NCBI RefSeq assembly: GCF_009914755.1
Contig: NC_060927.1
DNA: 64,000 bases
Strand: one strand, 5' to 3'
DNA from: the human T2T-CHM13v2.0 reference genome, Homo sapiens
Made by a program: the position numbers and the translations under genes. The first letter of the stretch is position 1, and each line of letters opens with the position of its first letter. Shown in pieces: positions 11,797 through 23,737 of the stretch. The notes below the pieces were generated by a model that saw only the letters and a list, made by a program, of their open reading frames with translations, had not been told where the DNA came from and ran no database searches.

Positions 11797-14082
11797 TATC
11801 AAGATTTAGAGCTCCTTTTAGCAGTTCTTGTAGTGCTGGCTTTGTGGTAGTGAATTCTCACAGCATTTGTCTGAAAAACACTGTATCTTTTCCTTCATTA
11901 TGAAGCTTAGTTTCACTGGATACAAAATTATTGGCTGATAATTATTTCATTTAAGGAGGCTACAGATAAAACCTCAATACCTTCTAGCTTATAGGGTTTC
12001 TGCTGAGAAATATGCTCTTAATCTGATAGGTTTTCCTTCATAGGTTACCTGATGCTTTTGCCTCACAGTCCTTCAGATTCTTTCCTTCGTTTTGACATTA
12101 TATATTCTGATCTAAAGTGCCTAGGTGATGATCTTTTTGCTATGAATTTCCCAGGTGTTCTTTGAGCTTCCTGTAGTTGGATGTTTAGATCTCTAGCAAG
12201 GCCAGGGAGGTTTTCCTTGATTATTCCCTCAGGTATGTTTTCCAAACTTTTAGGTTTCTCTTCTTCCTCAGGAACACCAATTAATCTTTAGGTTTGGTCA
12301 TTTAACATAATCTCAAACTTCTTGGAGGCTTTGTTCTTTTTTTTTTTTTTTGATTCTTTTTTCTTTGTCTTTCTTGGATTGCATTAATTCAAAAGCCTTG
12401 TCTTCGAGCTCTGAAGTTCTTCTACTTGTTCGATTCTATTGTTGAGACTTTGTATTGTTGAGTGTATTTTGCATTTCTCTAAGTGTGTTCTTCATTTCTG
12501 GAAGTTGTAATTGTTTTTTATTTATGATGTCTGTTTCTCTGGAGGTTTTTCTGTTCATGTCTTGTATCATTTTTTTTTTTAATTTCTTTAAGTTGGTATT
12601 TGCCTTTCTCTGGTACCTCCTTGAGTAGCTTAATAATCAGCCTTCTGAATTATTTTTCTGGCAATTGAGAGATTTCTTCTTGGTTTGGATTCATTGCTGG
12701 TGGGCTAGTGTGATCTTTTGGGGATGTTGAAGAACTTTGTTTTGTCATATTACCAGAATTGTTTTTCTGGTTCCTGCTCATTTGGGCAGACTATGTCAGA
12801 GGGAATATCTGGGGCTCAAGGACTGCTGTTCAGATTCTTTTGTCCCACGGGGTGCTCACTTGATGTGATGCTCTCCCCCTTTCCCTGGGGTGGGAGCTTC
12901 CTAAGAGCTGAACTGCAGTGTTTGTTATTTCTCTTCTGGGTCTAGCCACCCAGTGGAGCTACTGGGATCCAGGCTGGCACTGGGGAGCATTTGCAAAGTG
13001 TCCTATGATGTGGTCTGTCTTCAGGTCTTTCAGCTGTGGATACCAGCTCCTGCTCCAGTGGAGGTAGTGGCAGGGTGAAGTGGACTCTGTGAGAGTCCTT
13101 GGTTGTAGTTTTGTTTAGTGTGTTGGTTTTATGTTGGTTGGTCTCCACCTGGGAGGTGACTTTCAAGGGAGCATCAGCAGTGGTAGTATAGGGGGGATAC
13201 AAACTTGCCCTAGGGTTGCCTGGATAAGTATTTGGGTTTCTCAGGTGGTAGATTCGGCCATGGAACTCCCAAGAGATTATGTCCTTTGTCTCAGGCTACC
13301 AGGGCAGGTAGAGAAGACCATCAAGTGGGGGCAGGATTAGGCATGTCTGAGCTCAGACTCTCCTTGGGAGGGGCTTGTCGTGGTCACTCTAGGGGATAGG
13401 GGTGTGGTTCTTAGGCCAAAGGAGTTATGTTTCCAGGGGAGATTATGGCTGCCTCTGCTGTGTCATATAGGACACCAGGGAAGTGGGGGAAAGCCAGCAG
13501 TGACAGGCCTCACCCAGCTTCCAAGCAGCCAGAAAGACCAGTCTCACTCCCACTGTGCCCCCCACTGCACTGAGTTTGTTTCCAGGCAGCTGGTGAGCAG
13601 GGCTGAGAACTTGCCCCAGGCTACAAGCCTCCCTGCTGAGAAAGCAAGCAGGGCTTCATGTCTCCCCACCTGCTGTGGCTTCTGTGCTTGTAGCTGCAGT
13701 CCCTGTTCATCCCCTCCCCTGGATTCTGTCCAGGAAACTTTGCATTTGGTTGATATTGTTACAAAGTTCAGCTGGAAGTTTTCTTCTCCCTGTGGTCTTT
13801 CTTCAATTCCACTGGCAGCTCTCCTCAAGGACTCCTGTAAGACAAAGTCATAAATGGCATACCTGGGGACCAAGAGTGCCCACAGTCTCTTCCCGCTGCT
13901 TCCTCTACCCCATATTTTGCTTGGCTCTCTAAATTCATCTCAGCTTCAGGTAAGGTTAAATCCTTCTTCTGTGATCTAGACCTTCAGGTTCCCCCGTGAG
14001 AATGTGTGTTTGGGGGTGGACTTCCCCCATTACACACTTTGGACACTCACAGTTTTTTGGCTGTCTCATGGAGTCTGCAGCC
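11797..14082 (-). mobile_element. L1PB-type 5' half (5' UTR plus disrupted ORF1)
   Basis: ORF 12063..12245 (IIKENLPGLARDLNIQLQEAQRTPGKFIAKRSSPRH) is L1 ORF1p; 12750-14080 resembles the L1PBa 5' UTR. Confidence 0.9.
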
Positions 14083-16224
14083 TGTTATTTGAAATTCTGT
14101 CTGCATCTAGAGACTGGAGAATGGGTTGGAAAGAGAGTAGGGAATGAGAAATTGGTTCAAAATCTTTTGGGGTGCTTGATACCAGCAAGATTAAAAACTA
14201 ATAACCAAACACAAATGTTATTGAAAATGTGCTGTTTCTCACTCAGAAAAATATGTATGTAAGCAGATCTTTTACCTAATCTTTAAGGAAAATATTGTAA
14301 AAGTTCTATGCTTCTTGGTCCCCAGTGGCTGGTCTCACACTTTCTGGCTTATCATAGTTATGAGGAGTAGGATACTTTCTCTGCCACTTTGGTGGAGAAT
14401 TAAACACTTATCACTGGTCAGTTTTTCCCTACCACCTCCATTGTCATGGCCTCACTGAGTCAAAGTTGTCTTACCACTTTACCCTCATGGGCTTCTGTGT
14501 TGATTCCACTGTACTATGCATTTGCTTTCAGTGCAGGCTATTTGAAGAACTTTGCCATTTCCTGTCACATGAAGGTAATATGGCTGTGTAATTAAAAAGT
14601 TTAGCAACACTGACATTTCTGTGTTTGCACTAGAATTATCTTGATATTACCAGGGACTGAAGAACGCTGCCACCTGCTAGGAACATATGCATATGTTTGA
14701 GCAAAGGTTAATTAGTTTATTCAGAAAAGTGATTCAGGTAAGAGCTTAAGAGCAACTTGGCACATTCTAATGCAACAGAGAGGTATGTTATAAGAAGAAC
14801 TAGGTCAGTTTTCGGCAAGACAATTTGAAAGTTTCCTGTTTTGGAAGTGGGTGGAATAGCAGTTTGATTGATTATTTCAACCTTAAATATAAGACAAATT
14901 ATCTGTAGCTTGATTAAATGTTCCTCCTTACAGGTCTGTGTCCAGGTATTAATTCTGCATTAAACTAGTTGTACCTATTGTAGGGGAGCAAATGTCTCCT
15001 TATCTTAATCTCCAAGCATTTGTCTTTACATAGCCAAATGATGTACACAAAGATGGCAGCCAATGTGTATATATGTATATAATAACTTGGATTGTATCCA
15101 TTGAGTATAAATATAGGTTGATAAGTTTGATACTATTTAAATATACCCACTCTGCACATCAATTCTCCATTCTCTGAAGATTTTGCTTTAGTTAAATATG
15201 ATGGGCTTTAGTTAAATTTTAGAGTCTTCTAAATTCCCGAATCTTTTGGAAAAATGTTATTTTCAACTATATATTTGTTGATAATTTTTTATCTTCGATT
15301 TACAAAGAGCAGTAACACACCATTGAAAACTGCTCTCTGGACAAAAAATACATGTTTCTCAAATCAAGATGGTAGCCTGACCTGAAGGAGCCCTTTTACC
15401 TCCCAGACAAACAGAGTAGTGAAACTTGTCTTTCTCTTATTCAACTTGCCTTACTTTAAGAAAGGACTTGTTAGTTTAAAAATAGTCATCTTTTATTCCC
15501 TGCCTGTCAGAGCCTTTCTGCCTTCTCTCAGAATCCAGCATTTACTGATGTTCTTTGATTGACATACTCCTTAGTACTAAAAGGGAACAGAGAATGGGAA
15601 AATGTTCAGTTTTATTGACAGGTGCTGAGACCTTGTCAGGGACAATTGCTTAGCAACCTCTCTGGTGCCACTTTTGGGAAAGGGGAAATTAAAGGACAGA
15701 ATTACATATAAATGAAAGGGAAGCATTTATGAAAAAGGCCAATCATCATAAAACACTAAGTATTTTTTTTTTTCAACTAGGTCTTTGAGTTAGCAATGTA
15801 ACTTACAAAATCTGCACAAATTATCTTTTTCTTTTCTTGGTTTGTTGGATTCTTGAAGAGTTGAGATAATTTCAGGTTTTTGCCAAATGCTCACAGATTT
15901 TGGTAAGTGAAAGAAACTGTATTCAGAGAAAGAATGTCTTAGTTCCTCTGTCAACTCTGACTTGTCCTGGTTATTTACTCTGTGCAGGCCATTTAACCTT
16001 CCTGAGCTTCATGGATAAATTGGGAAAACCACCTTTGCTGAGATTAAATAGGTTTACGGTTCATGTGAAAAGGGCTTGAAAATTGTTAAGTGCTTGTGAA
16101 ATAAGGAATTCCTATAATTTTGCTATATTTGGACATAGTCTGTGCACTAATATGATGCTCGTGTAAGTTGGACATAAATGTTGTTTTATTAGTATAGAAA
16201 GAATACAAGCTTACATTTGAAAGT

Positions 16225-16415
16225 ATTTTTCAAAGTACCTTTGCAAATGTTATACCATCTGATCCTCATAGTTCTGTGATAAAGACTATTTTCCCTAATT
16301 TCCAGTTAATAACTATTAACCCTAGGTCTAGATTATGTGATTTGCACACAACAACACTGAGGAGTGATTAGGAGCTTAATCAGGTCAGCTGGTCCCAAGC
16401 CTCTGACATTTCCAC
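16225..16415 (-). mobile_element. Degenerate MIR
   Basis: 'gatcctcatagttctgtgat...ttatgtgatttgcacacaa'. Confidence 0.5.
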
Positions 16416-16474
16416 TCTTTTATTAGTTTCTGTTGCTACCTTAATTATTTTTGGAGTGAGATGATGTAAACTAG

Positions 16475-16916
16475 CTCTTTCTGAAGTATCTGTGGTGAAT
16501 AACCTGTTTTTAAAATTGTTCTAATCTGTCACAGATGTATACTTTCGTAAAATACAATAAAAGTGAATTATTAGAATCAGACCTGTCAGAACTGTGTCAG
16601 TTTCTTGGTTTGGACAATGTACTATGGTTATGTAAGATACTCTCATTGAGAAAAGCTGGGTGAAGGGAATATAGGAGCTCTCTGTACTATTTTTACAACT
16701 TCATGTGAGTTTTAACTTATTTCAAAAAAGTTATTAAGTATAAATTATTAGAAAATAAAAATAAAATTCAAAATACAGTTTCTACATTTTTCATGATTAG
16801 AGAGTTAACAGACATAAAATTACTCAAATTTCCATAAAAGTTTCTAAATGCTTGGTTTCAATTTCTATATTTATTTTGTGGGAGACCAGTAACAAACCCT
16901 CCACTGACCACACCGG
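16475..16916 (-). mobile_element. hAT-Charlie MITE (MER5C-like), split by an L1 fragment
   Basis: 'tatctgtggtgaa...tactttcgtaaaatacaataaaagtgaatta' and 'aacagacataaaattactc...aaagtttctaaatgctt...ccagtaacaaac'. Confidence 0.65.
16577..16742 (+). mobile_element. Old L1M 3'-terminal fragment with TSD
   Basis: 'tgtactatggttatgtaagat...agctgggtgaaggg...ctctctgtactatttttacaacttc'; TSD aattattagaa at 16566-16576 and 16743-16753. Confidence 0.8.
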
Positions 16917-17499
16917 CATGAATATTAATGAAAAGAAATTTCTTTTCTGTTCAAATAAGAAGTCCCCGAAGGAACTGTAACTTCTCAGCCTTAATTTTCA
17001 AGTCCAAGAAAGAGCATCTGACTGTTCCAAAGTTTGTCCAGGTCCAATCAGCTTTGGCAGAGTGAAGAAGGTAGAATCATGTTGGGGCCCAGTAAAAATA
17101 AGCATTAGTACTCAGAGAAGCAAGGATGAAGAGAAATCTCAAGAAATGACTAATAAAGGATTCGATATGTGACTGTGATTCAGCATTTGTTAGGGGAGAA
17201 ATGATAAGTCTGACTTTAATGGAAATGACTGTAGATTACTGCCCCACACAGCCAATGACTAAACTAATATGAGGCGGAGAAGATGAACTATAGGTATTCA
17301 GAGAAGAGAACATTTCTACTTGGGGAAATTACAGAAAGTTTTTTGGAGTGAGTTGTACTTGGGTAGCCTAAATAGCTCTTGAAGTAAGTGTGGAATGTGA
17401 CAAGATGTAAGTGGGGGAAGTCATTGCTGGCTTTTGAGCAAACTGTTATTTCAGGAAAATCAATCATTTAGTGGTGAGGAGGATGGATTAGTGGTAGGG

Positions 17500-17795
17500 G
17501 ATTGTGGAGCCAGGGTCAGGGAGGCTAACTGTGAAGCTGGTTCATGAGAAGGAGTACAAACATGTGAAATAGTGGTTGTGTTTGAAAAAGGAAATGCACG
17601 TGAGAGAGATTTTAGAGGTAAAATAGAGTATGGCGACTGATTCAATGTGGGACATTACTAGTAAGAGACAGAAAAAGAAAAACATTTGAGAGGAATCAGA
17701 ATTAGTTCAGTTTCAGTTATGCCTTTTGAGGGACTGGTGTTGGTTTAGGTGGTTATTTCCTCAGGCAATTGGAAAAATGGATGTAAAAATCAGGT
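17500..17795 (-). mobile_element. L2 fragment
   Basis: 'gagagagattttagaggtaaaatag...tagttcagtttcag' resembles antisense L2. Confidence 0.5.
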
Positions 17796-17817
17796 GTGTG
17801 CATTCACCAACTTGGAA

Positions 17818-18600
17818 CCTTGAATAATGTCTCTCAAAAAAGATATCCACAAGTCTTAACCCCCAGTAACTGTGAATGTGAATGTGACTGTATTTAGAAA
17901 TAGAGTCCTTGGGCTGGGCGCGGTGGCTCATGCTTGTAATCCCAGCACTTTGGGAGGCTGAGGCGGGCAGATCATGAGGTCAGGAGATGGAGACCATCCT
18001 GGCTAACACGGTAAAACCCCGTCTCTACTTAAAATACAAAAAAAAGAAAAAAAAATTAGCCAGTCATGGTGGCAGGCACCTGTAGTCCCAGCTACTTGGG
18101 AGGCTGAGGCAGGAGAATGGCGTGAACCCGGGATGGGAGCTTGCAGTGAGCCTAGATTGCGCCACTGCCCTACAGCCTGGGCAACAGAGTGAGACTCCAT
18201 CTCAAAAAAAAAAAAAAAAAGAAAGAAAGAAAGAAAGAAAGAAATAGGGTCCTTGAAGATGGAATTAAGTTAAGGTCTTCAGATGTAAACATCCTAGATT
18301 TAGGGTGGGCCCTAAGCCAATGACCAGTATCCTTATAAGAGAAAGGAGAGGGAGATTTGCCATGTGAAGACAGAGGCAGAGATTGGAGTGATACTGCTAC
18401 CAGCCAAGGAATGCCAGGAACCACCAGAAGCTAGAACAGGCAAGAAAAGATGCTGCCCAAGAGCCTTTGGAGGGAGCATGGTCCTACTGACACTTTGATT
18501 TCAATCTTCTGGCCTTCTGAAATGTGAGAGAATAGCTATCTGTTATTTTAAGCCATCCAGTTTGTGGTAATTTGTACAGCAGCCCTAGGCAATTAAATCA
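17818..18600 (+). mobile_element. MLT1C solo LTR interrupted by an AluY
   Basis: 'gccatgtgaagacagaggcagagattggagtgat...agccaaggaatgccaggaaccaccagaagctag...gtttgtggtaatttgt'. Confidence 0.88.
17912..18239 (+). mobile_element. AluY with A/(GAAA)n tail
   Basis: Full-length, Y-type 'ccatcctggctaacacgg' and 'gagaatggcgtgaacccgg'; TSD agaaatagagtccttg (17896-17911) / agaaatagggtccttg (18240-18255). Confidence 0.96.
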
Positions 18601-19414
18601 GTATCTCTTTTGGGAGCTCAGTCTGTACTTTGTGAATTATGTTGTTCTTATGCTGTAAAGTGAGAGAAAATGAAGCTATTCATTCATCTTTATTAGCTTC
18701 TTATGTTCTGGTGTTTTCAAAGGTGGCTTTTCTTCCAAGTAAGCAGAGGTGAAAATGAAGCAGTTCAGAAGAATGAAGTTTAAGATACCTTAGCAAGTGT
18801 GAAAGTGATTTAATTACAGATTGAATCATCGCCTCCCATTTAATTCTTTCATTCCTTTTCCCCACTTTCTTCCTCTTCCTCCTCCTTTTCCTCCTCCTCC
18901 TTCTTCATCTATCTGTATTGGAATTTATCTATCATTAAAAGAAAACATATTAAACTTATTTTTTAGTCTTAAATTTGTTTTTCCATTTCTAACTTCCAAT
19001 CAGAACTCAACACCTTAGAATAACCAGTGTAACCTTATTCAAAGGTAACCAGAGCCCAAACATATTTAGCCAGTCTGACTCTGCTTACGTATGTGGTTTT
19101 TCTCTTGGGCCTTTCAAAGTATTGAAAAATAACTTGCAGACCCTTCCAATCTCATTGCTACTGTTAGTATTTGGTAAGATGTTACTGTCTTGGAGCAGGG
19201 ATTCGTTCTTTTTAGCCCACTGCCCATCACAGACTCCAGTACAGACTAGGTTTCCACATATTTGTTGATCTAGATTGTTGAGTCAAGGATTGAATTTATG
19301 GCCTAATACTGAAGAGTTCTTAAAGTGAATTATCTTCATACGACTGGAAGCATTTAAGTGTTTCAGGCTTTCATGAACTTAGGAGGCCTCCATGTGTTTG
19401 CACATCAATAAGTG

Positions 19415-19535
19415 TGCTCTCCATTGTAAGTATCAAAGAACCCAAGTCAACCTGCTTAAACAAAGGGAATTTATTGGCTTGTGCAATAAGTACCAACTTT
19501 AGGTGAGGGTTGATCAAGCAGCTCAATGACCTCTT
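19415..19535 (-). mobile_element. Old MaLR (MLT1J/K/L-type) fragment
   Basis: 'tgcttaaacaaagggaatttattggctt...ttgatcaagcagctcaatga'. Confidence 0.55.
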
Positions 19536-20040
19536 GGTCTGACTGGTAAGGATACCTGGGTAACAGAGCCCCTTTTGATTTGAAAATCTTTAGTTCAGAG
19601 AGTCACTGGACCAGGCTATATTAGCTTGGGAAGGCTGAGAATGAAAAATAGGGCTATGTTTATGTCCAAGTATTTTGTACTGGGCTGGCCACCAACTTTA
19701 GTTTAATCATAAATTGTATAGTTCCAAAAGTAATGGTGTGCAACTGACCCAAATGAGGGCACCCCAATATTTATTCAGGCTACCTAACATGCAGGGCAAG
19801 TCCACCCTTATTAATGGAGGAGGGCAGTTGGGTGTCCAGAAAGTCTAATGTGATCTTCCTCTCTCAAATTTATCATATGCAACTGTGGGTCTATTGTTGA
19901 GAATTTTTGAAGCTTATAATTCCTTTGGAGAGTAGGGTTGACCTCTCTGCTGTATATTTTTACCACTCTGACTTCCTTCTGTACTTTTTCAATTAGAAAA
20001 CCTTGTCTGATTTGCCCAAACCAAGGTCAGTGTTTGTTCT

Positions 20041-20582
20041 TGAATTAATCTGCATTCTCCAGAGAAACAGAACCAATAGAATGTATATGTATGTATATAT
20101 CCCTATATGTCTCTATGTATCTAGGTATCTATCTATGTATCCATCTATCTGTCTAGATTTATTACAAAGAATTGCTTACATGATTATGGAGGCTGAGAAG
20201 TCCAGACACAAGAGGCTGATGGTATACTTAAATTCTGAGACTAAAGGCCTGAGAACCAGGAAAGCTGATGGTGTAAATTCCATTTCAAGTCTGAGTCTGA
20301 AAACCAGGAGAGTCAATGGTGTAAGTTCCAGTCTGAGTCCATGTCTGGAGGCAGTAGAAGACCGATGTCCCAGCTTGAAGACAGTCAGACAGAGAGAGGA
20401 AAAATTCTTTCTTATGCATCCTTTTATTTTATTTAAGTTTTCAACAGGTTGGATGAAGGCTCAGTCTCCTGATTCAAATGTTACTATCATCCAGAAACAG
20501 ACATATTCAGAAATAACATTTAACCAAATATCTGGGCATCCTTGTGGCCTGGTCAACTTGACATATAAAATTAACTATCACA
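20041..20582 (-). mobile_element. MLT2B-type ERVL solo LTR
   Basis: 'ttctccagagaaacagaaccaatag...gattatggaggctgagaagtcc...tttaaccaaatatctgggca...ttgacatataaaattaactatcaca'. Confidence 0.9.
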
Positions 20583-20974
20583 TACTTACCCTATTATTGA
20601 CATTTGCCAATTCAGTGGTTACCTATAGCTAACTGCTTTAGACCAGTCCTAGACCATCCTTGAAGCTGGAGCTGGCGTCAGTCCCTGCCTAAACCACATA
20701 GCAGTTCTACAGTGGACCAGGGCTGAAATGGATGCTAAGGGAGGCCATCACAATGTCTACTCGTTTTCATTATCTTTTCAACTTCTAATGGATATTTCCT
20801 TTGCTGTGGCAGAGATCATTATTGTCTTCCTTTAGCAAATGAGAAAACCGTGAGATCACACTCTTACATTTCAAATTATTTATCAGTCTAAAAGAGACTA
20901 TTTGTTTATATAGAGAGTATTTGGAGGTGTGAGAAATGTAACTGAGGCCAGCATGCTGTAAGAAGGTGGTTTGA

Positions 20975-21160
20975 TCTGTGCTTCATGGAAACTCAGTGCT
21001 TCCCCCAGAGCTGAGATGGACAAGGAGTGGGTGAGGCTATGAATTCCCACCTTACTTCAGTCACAGTCCTTCTTTCTTAGATGTTTCATATATGTTGCAG
21101 TTATGCATGCAGGATTCCATTTAAATCTAAGCTGTCACTGCACAGGTTGAAAACCACTAC
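20975..21160. mobile_element. Ancient hAT-like DNA transposon fragment (family not assigned)
   Basis: Ends in TIR-like 'ttgaaaaccact'; internal 'gatgtttcatatat...ggattccattt' resembles old hAT MITEs. Confidence 0.4.
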
Positions 21161-21209
21161 TCCATTCTAGCTCTATGGTCTTGAAAACAAAAATCCCTTC
21201 CTTTTTTTA

Positions 21210-21300
21210 GTGCTCAGTTCCCTTTACCTGTAAAATGAAGGTGTTGAACTAGGAGTTTTTGAAGCTTCCTTCCATCTTTGACAGTTCATGATTTTGTGAC
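21210..21300 (+). mobile_element. MIR3/MIRc fragment
   Basis: 'ctcagttccctttacctgtaaaatgaaggtgttgaactag...ttccttccatctttgacagttcatgatt'. Confidence 0.7.
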
Positions 21301-22249
21301 TTTTACCATTGGCCAAGGTGGAACTTATTAATTTCATGAAAACTGACTAAATGACTGTCTCAGAAGTTATTAATTCAGCACAGCTTCCTCATCTTAGTGA
21401 GTTTTCAGCTGGCTAATGCCACATAACAGTCAGAAAATGCCAACATTGCTGGTGTGGGATGGAGTTAACAGTGTGAGATTTGCTAAGTGTTTCTGCGCAA
21501 TCAGTGTGAAAGCAATCACATCTCCAGAGTGAGAAAGGTCAGTGCCCTGTAGCTGCCAAACCTCACCACACTAAGGGGACATGAAGGGGACTGCCACCTG
21601 CAGAACACAAATCAGGCTAAAAAATGAATACCCTTTGCAGTTGCAGTCTAATAGCACCGACTGTCAAATGATATTACTTTGGGAGATTGTTAAGCCCCCT
21701 TCTCAGTGCACAGCAGTGTATAAATCCCCTCATCTCATTTGATTAATCTGAGAGACTATAGAATATGTTATTAGGCATAGAAAACATGACTGCAATGTGA
21801 CTAGTATTACTGAGCATGAAAATTCCTTTAAGTCCTGATTTTTTTTCTAGTTCCACATTGTTTGAAAGTGGGGGAACATTGATCTCAGTGAATGGGTATC
21901 CTATATAAATTAATGTTAGTGAGTACATACATGAGTGAAAAATATGATTTGTTTATACAGTGACTCAGAACCCCCCCTTCTACAGCATCAGAACTCTTTC
22001 TTTTGTTCTCTTTTACAACCTGTAACTTGGCAGGAAGGAGACTATAATACAAGCCGTGTTTATCTCTAGCTGGTAAGATTACAGTGATTTTTAACATTCT
22101 TTCTGTTATTTCTTATACTTTTTTTATAGTGGGCACATATTATAATACGAATTACCTTTGCTCATTTAAAAGTAATCCTTTTCCCAGAAAGGTCCCTGAG
22201 AATACTGTCTTTTTCTCCCATCCTAAAATGGAGGAATGTACCTGAAATG

Positions 22250-22900
22250 CCATGTGAAATAGATTAACTGAGCCCCGCCTAGGAAGCATGCCGCTTCTTC
22301 TTTTTCAAGACCTGCAGCCGCTGTGGCCTGACAAGCAGTAAGAAATGTGATAATAAAGACGATGAGCCACTCCAGGGCTGGATTTCATTTCTAGCTTAAT
22401 TAAATCCTAGAAGCACACCTGACCTCTAGCTTTGAAGAGCTGCCGCCAAAGCCAGGTGCCCTCATCAGCTCGGGCTCACCCTGCAGTGATTGTGGGAAGC
22501 CAGCCTGAAAGGAGAGGGTAGAGGGAGGCAGAAGCCAATGGAGATGAAACAGTGGAGTCAGGAAGCAATATTTCAGAGACAGCCATTTTATCTGGTGGGC
22601 GATCTCTTTGCCCTTCTGCTTAAAAGGTAAACAGTGACGCTAACCTACAAATTGAAACTCCTCCAATGGCACCCCACTGCCCTGCCACCTGTCCCCTTCC
22701 ACCACCTCCTCTCCCAGCTCCCTGCCCCCACCAGTTGTGGTAAATTGGGTACAAAATGCACTTGGTTGGCGCAAGTCCTGACTGGCCCATCAGTATGCAT
22801 AGGCTGATTGGTGCCTCTTGCATTTACAAACTCCTAGTTGCTCTGGTCCCTCAGCCGCAGCTGACACCTGATGCTGCTACCTGGGGTCTCTTTGTTTCAT
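22250..22900. promoter_or_regulatory. Candidate enhancer/promoter-like unique segment
   Basis: No recognisable repeat; locally GC-richer with retained CpGs; GC-box-like 'agccccgccta' (~22271); CCAAT motifs at ~22535, ~22662 and ~22807 (ATTGG). Confidence 0.3.
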
Positions 22901-23078
22901 ATCCCAGAGGCCAGAAATGCTCTTGAAATGTAGATAAAGGAGAATAAAAGTCTTTGCCATGATTTATTGAGCCCAGAATTGTACAAGGAACTTAAAACTA
23001 CATCACCTTGTTTTCACAGCCATTTGTGATGTATTAACAGGGTTTTACAGGTGAGGAAATGGAGCTCCAGAAGAGCTT

Positions 23079-23221
23079 CTTAGAAAAATGTCTTATATTC
23101 AAGATCTCGACACAGGGATCTGGGTTTATGGGATTTTTTTGAGGGGGTGCTATCAAGAGAAACCTGCAGGGAGGCACGGAGTGGGAGAGAAAATGGGAAG
23201 GGTGAGCAGGGATTTGGTCTC
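23079..23221 (-). mobile_element. Old ERVL-type LTR fragment (LTR16/33 group) interrupted by THE1D
   Basis: 'agatctcgacacagggatctgggtttatgggatttttttgagggggtgct' resembles an antisense LTR16/33 3' end. Confidence 0.45.
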
Positions 23222-23597
23222 TGATATGGTTTTGCTGTGTCCCCATCCAAATCTCATCTTGAATTGTAATCCCCATCAACCCCACGTGTCAGGGGCAGGA
23301 GCAGGTGGAGGTAGTCGGATCATGGGAGTGGTTTCTCCCATCCTGTTCTCGTGATAGTTAGTGAGTCTCATGAGATCTGTTGGTTTTATAAGCATCTGGC
23401 ATTTCCCCTGCTTGCACTCACTCTGTCGTGCCACCCTGTGAGGAAGATGCCTGCTTCTTCTTCACCTTCTGCCATGACTGTAAGTTTCCTGAGGCTTCCT
23501 CAGCAATGTGAAACTGTGAGTCAATTAAACCTCTTTTATTTATAAGTTACCCAGTCTCGGGTATTTCTTCATAGCAGTGTGAGAACAGACTAATACA
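23222..23597 (+). mobile_element. THE1D solo LTR
   Basis: TG...CA ends ('tgatatggtttt'...'gactaataca'), full THE1 body, perfect 5-bp TSD GTCTC (23217-23221 / 23598-23602). Confidence 0.95.
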
Positions 23598-23737
23598 GTC
23601 TCAGTACCCATTGGAATGCCAACTAACCCAGACTTGGGGGTGCAGGGAAGGTTTCCATCTGAGAAGGGGTCAACTAGGATTGAGAGTGTATCACTGAGCA
23701 GAAAGTACCATATTTTCCCCCACTACCACCTGCCAGC

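Noticed and set aside
10743-12245. L1 ORF1p/ORF2p peptide matches
   Set aside because: Real homology, but short frameshifted remnants with no endonuclease or RT core; not functional CDS.
13380-13853. 157-aa and overlapping ORFs
   Set aside because: Chance frames in the GC-richer L1PB 5' UTR.
14532-14574. AG/GT-bounded 43-nt segment reading CRLFEELCHFLSHE
   Set aside because: Not a recognisable protein, the nearest candidate next exon stops in frame, and such bounded segments are common by chance.
14665-14685. CTCF-like motif 'ctgccacctgctagg'
   Set aside because: Mismatch in the core; not supportable without ChIP data.
15185-15217. 13-bp direct repeat gctttagttaaat with 7-nt spacer
   Set aside because: Only two units; explained by a small tandem duplication. 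Not CRISPR-like.
15876-15902. 27-nt candidate microexon with TTG|GTAAGT donor
   Set aside because: Weak pyrimidine tract with upstream AGs and no supporting gene structure in the window.
20003-20632. Longest ORF in the track (209 aa)
   Set aside because: Lies almost wholly in an antisense MLT2B LTR, includes microsatellite-derived residues, starts at TTG and has no recognisable domain.
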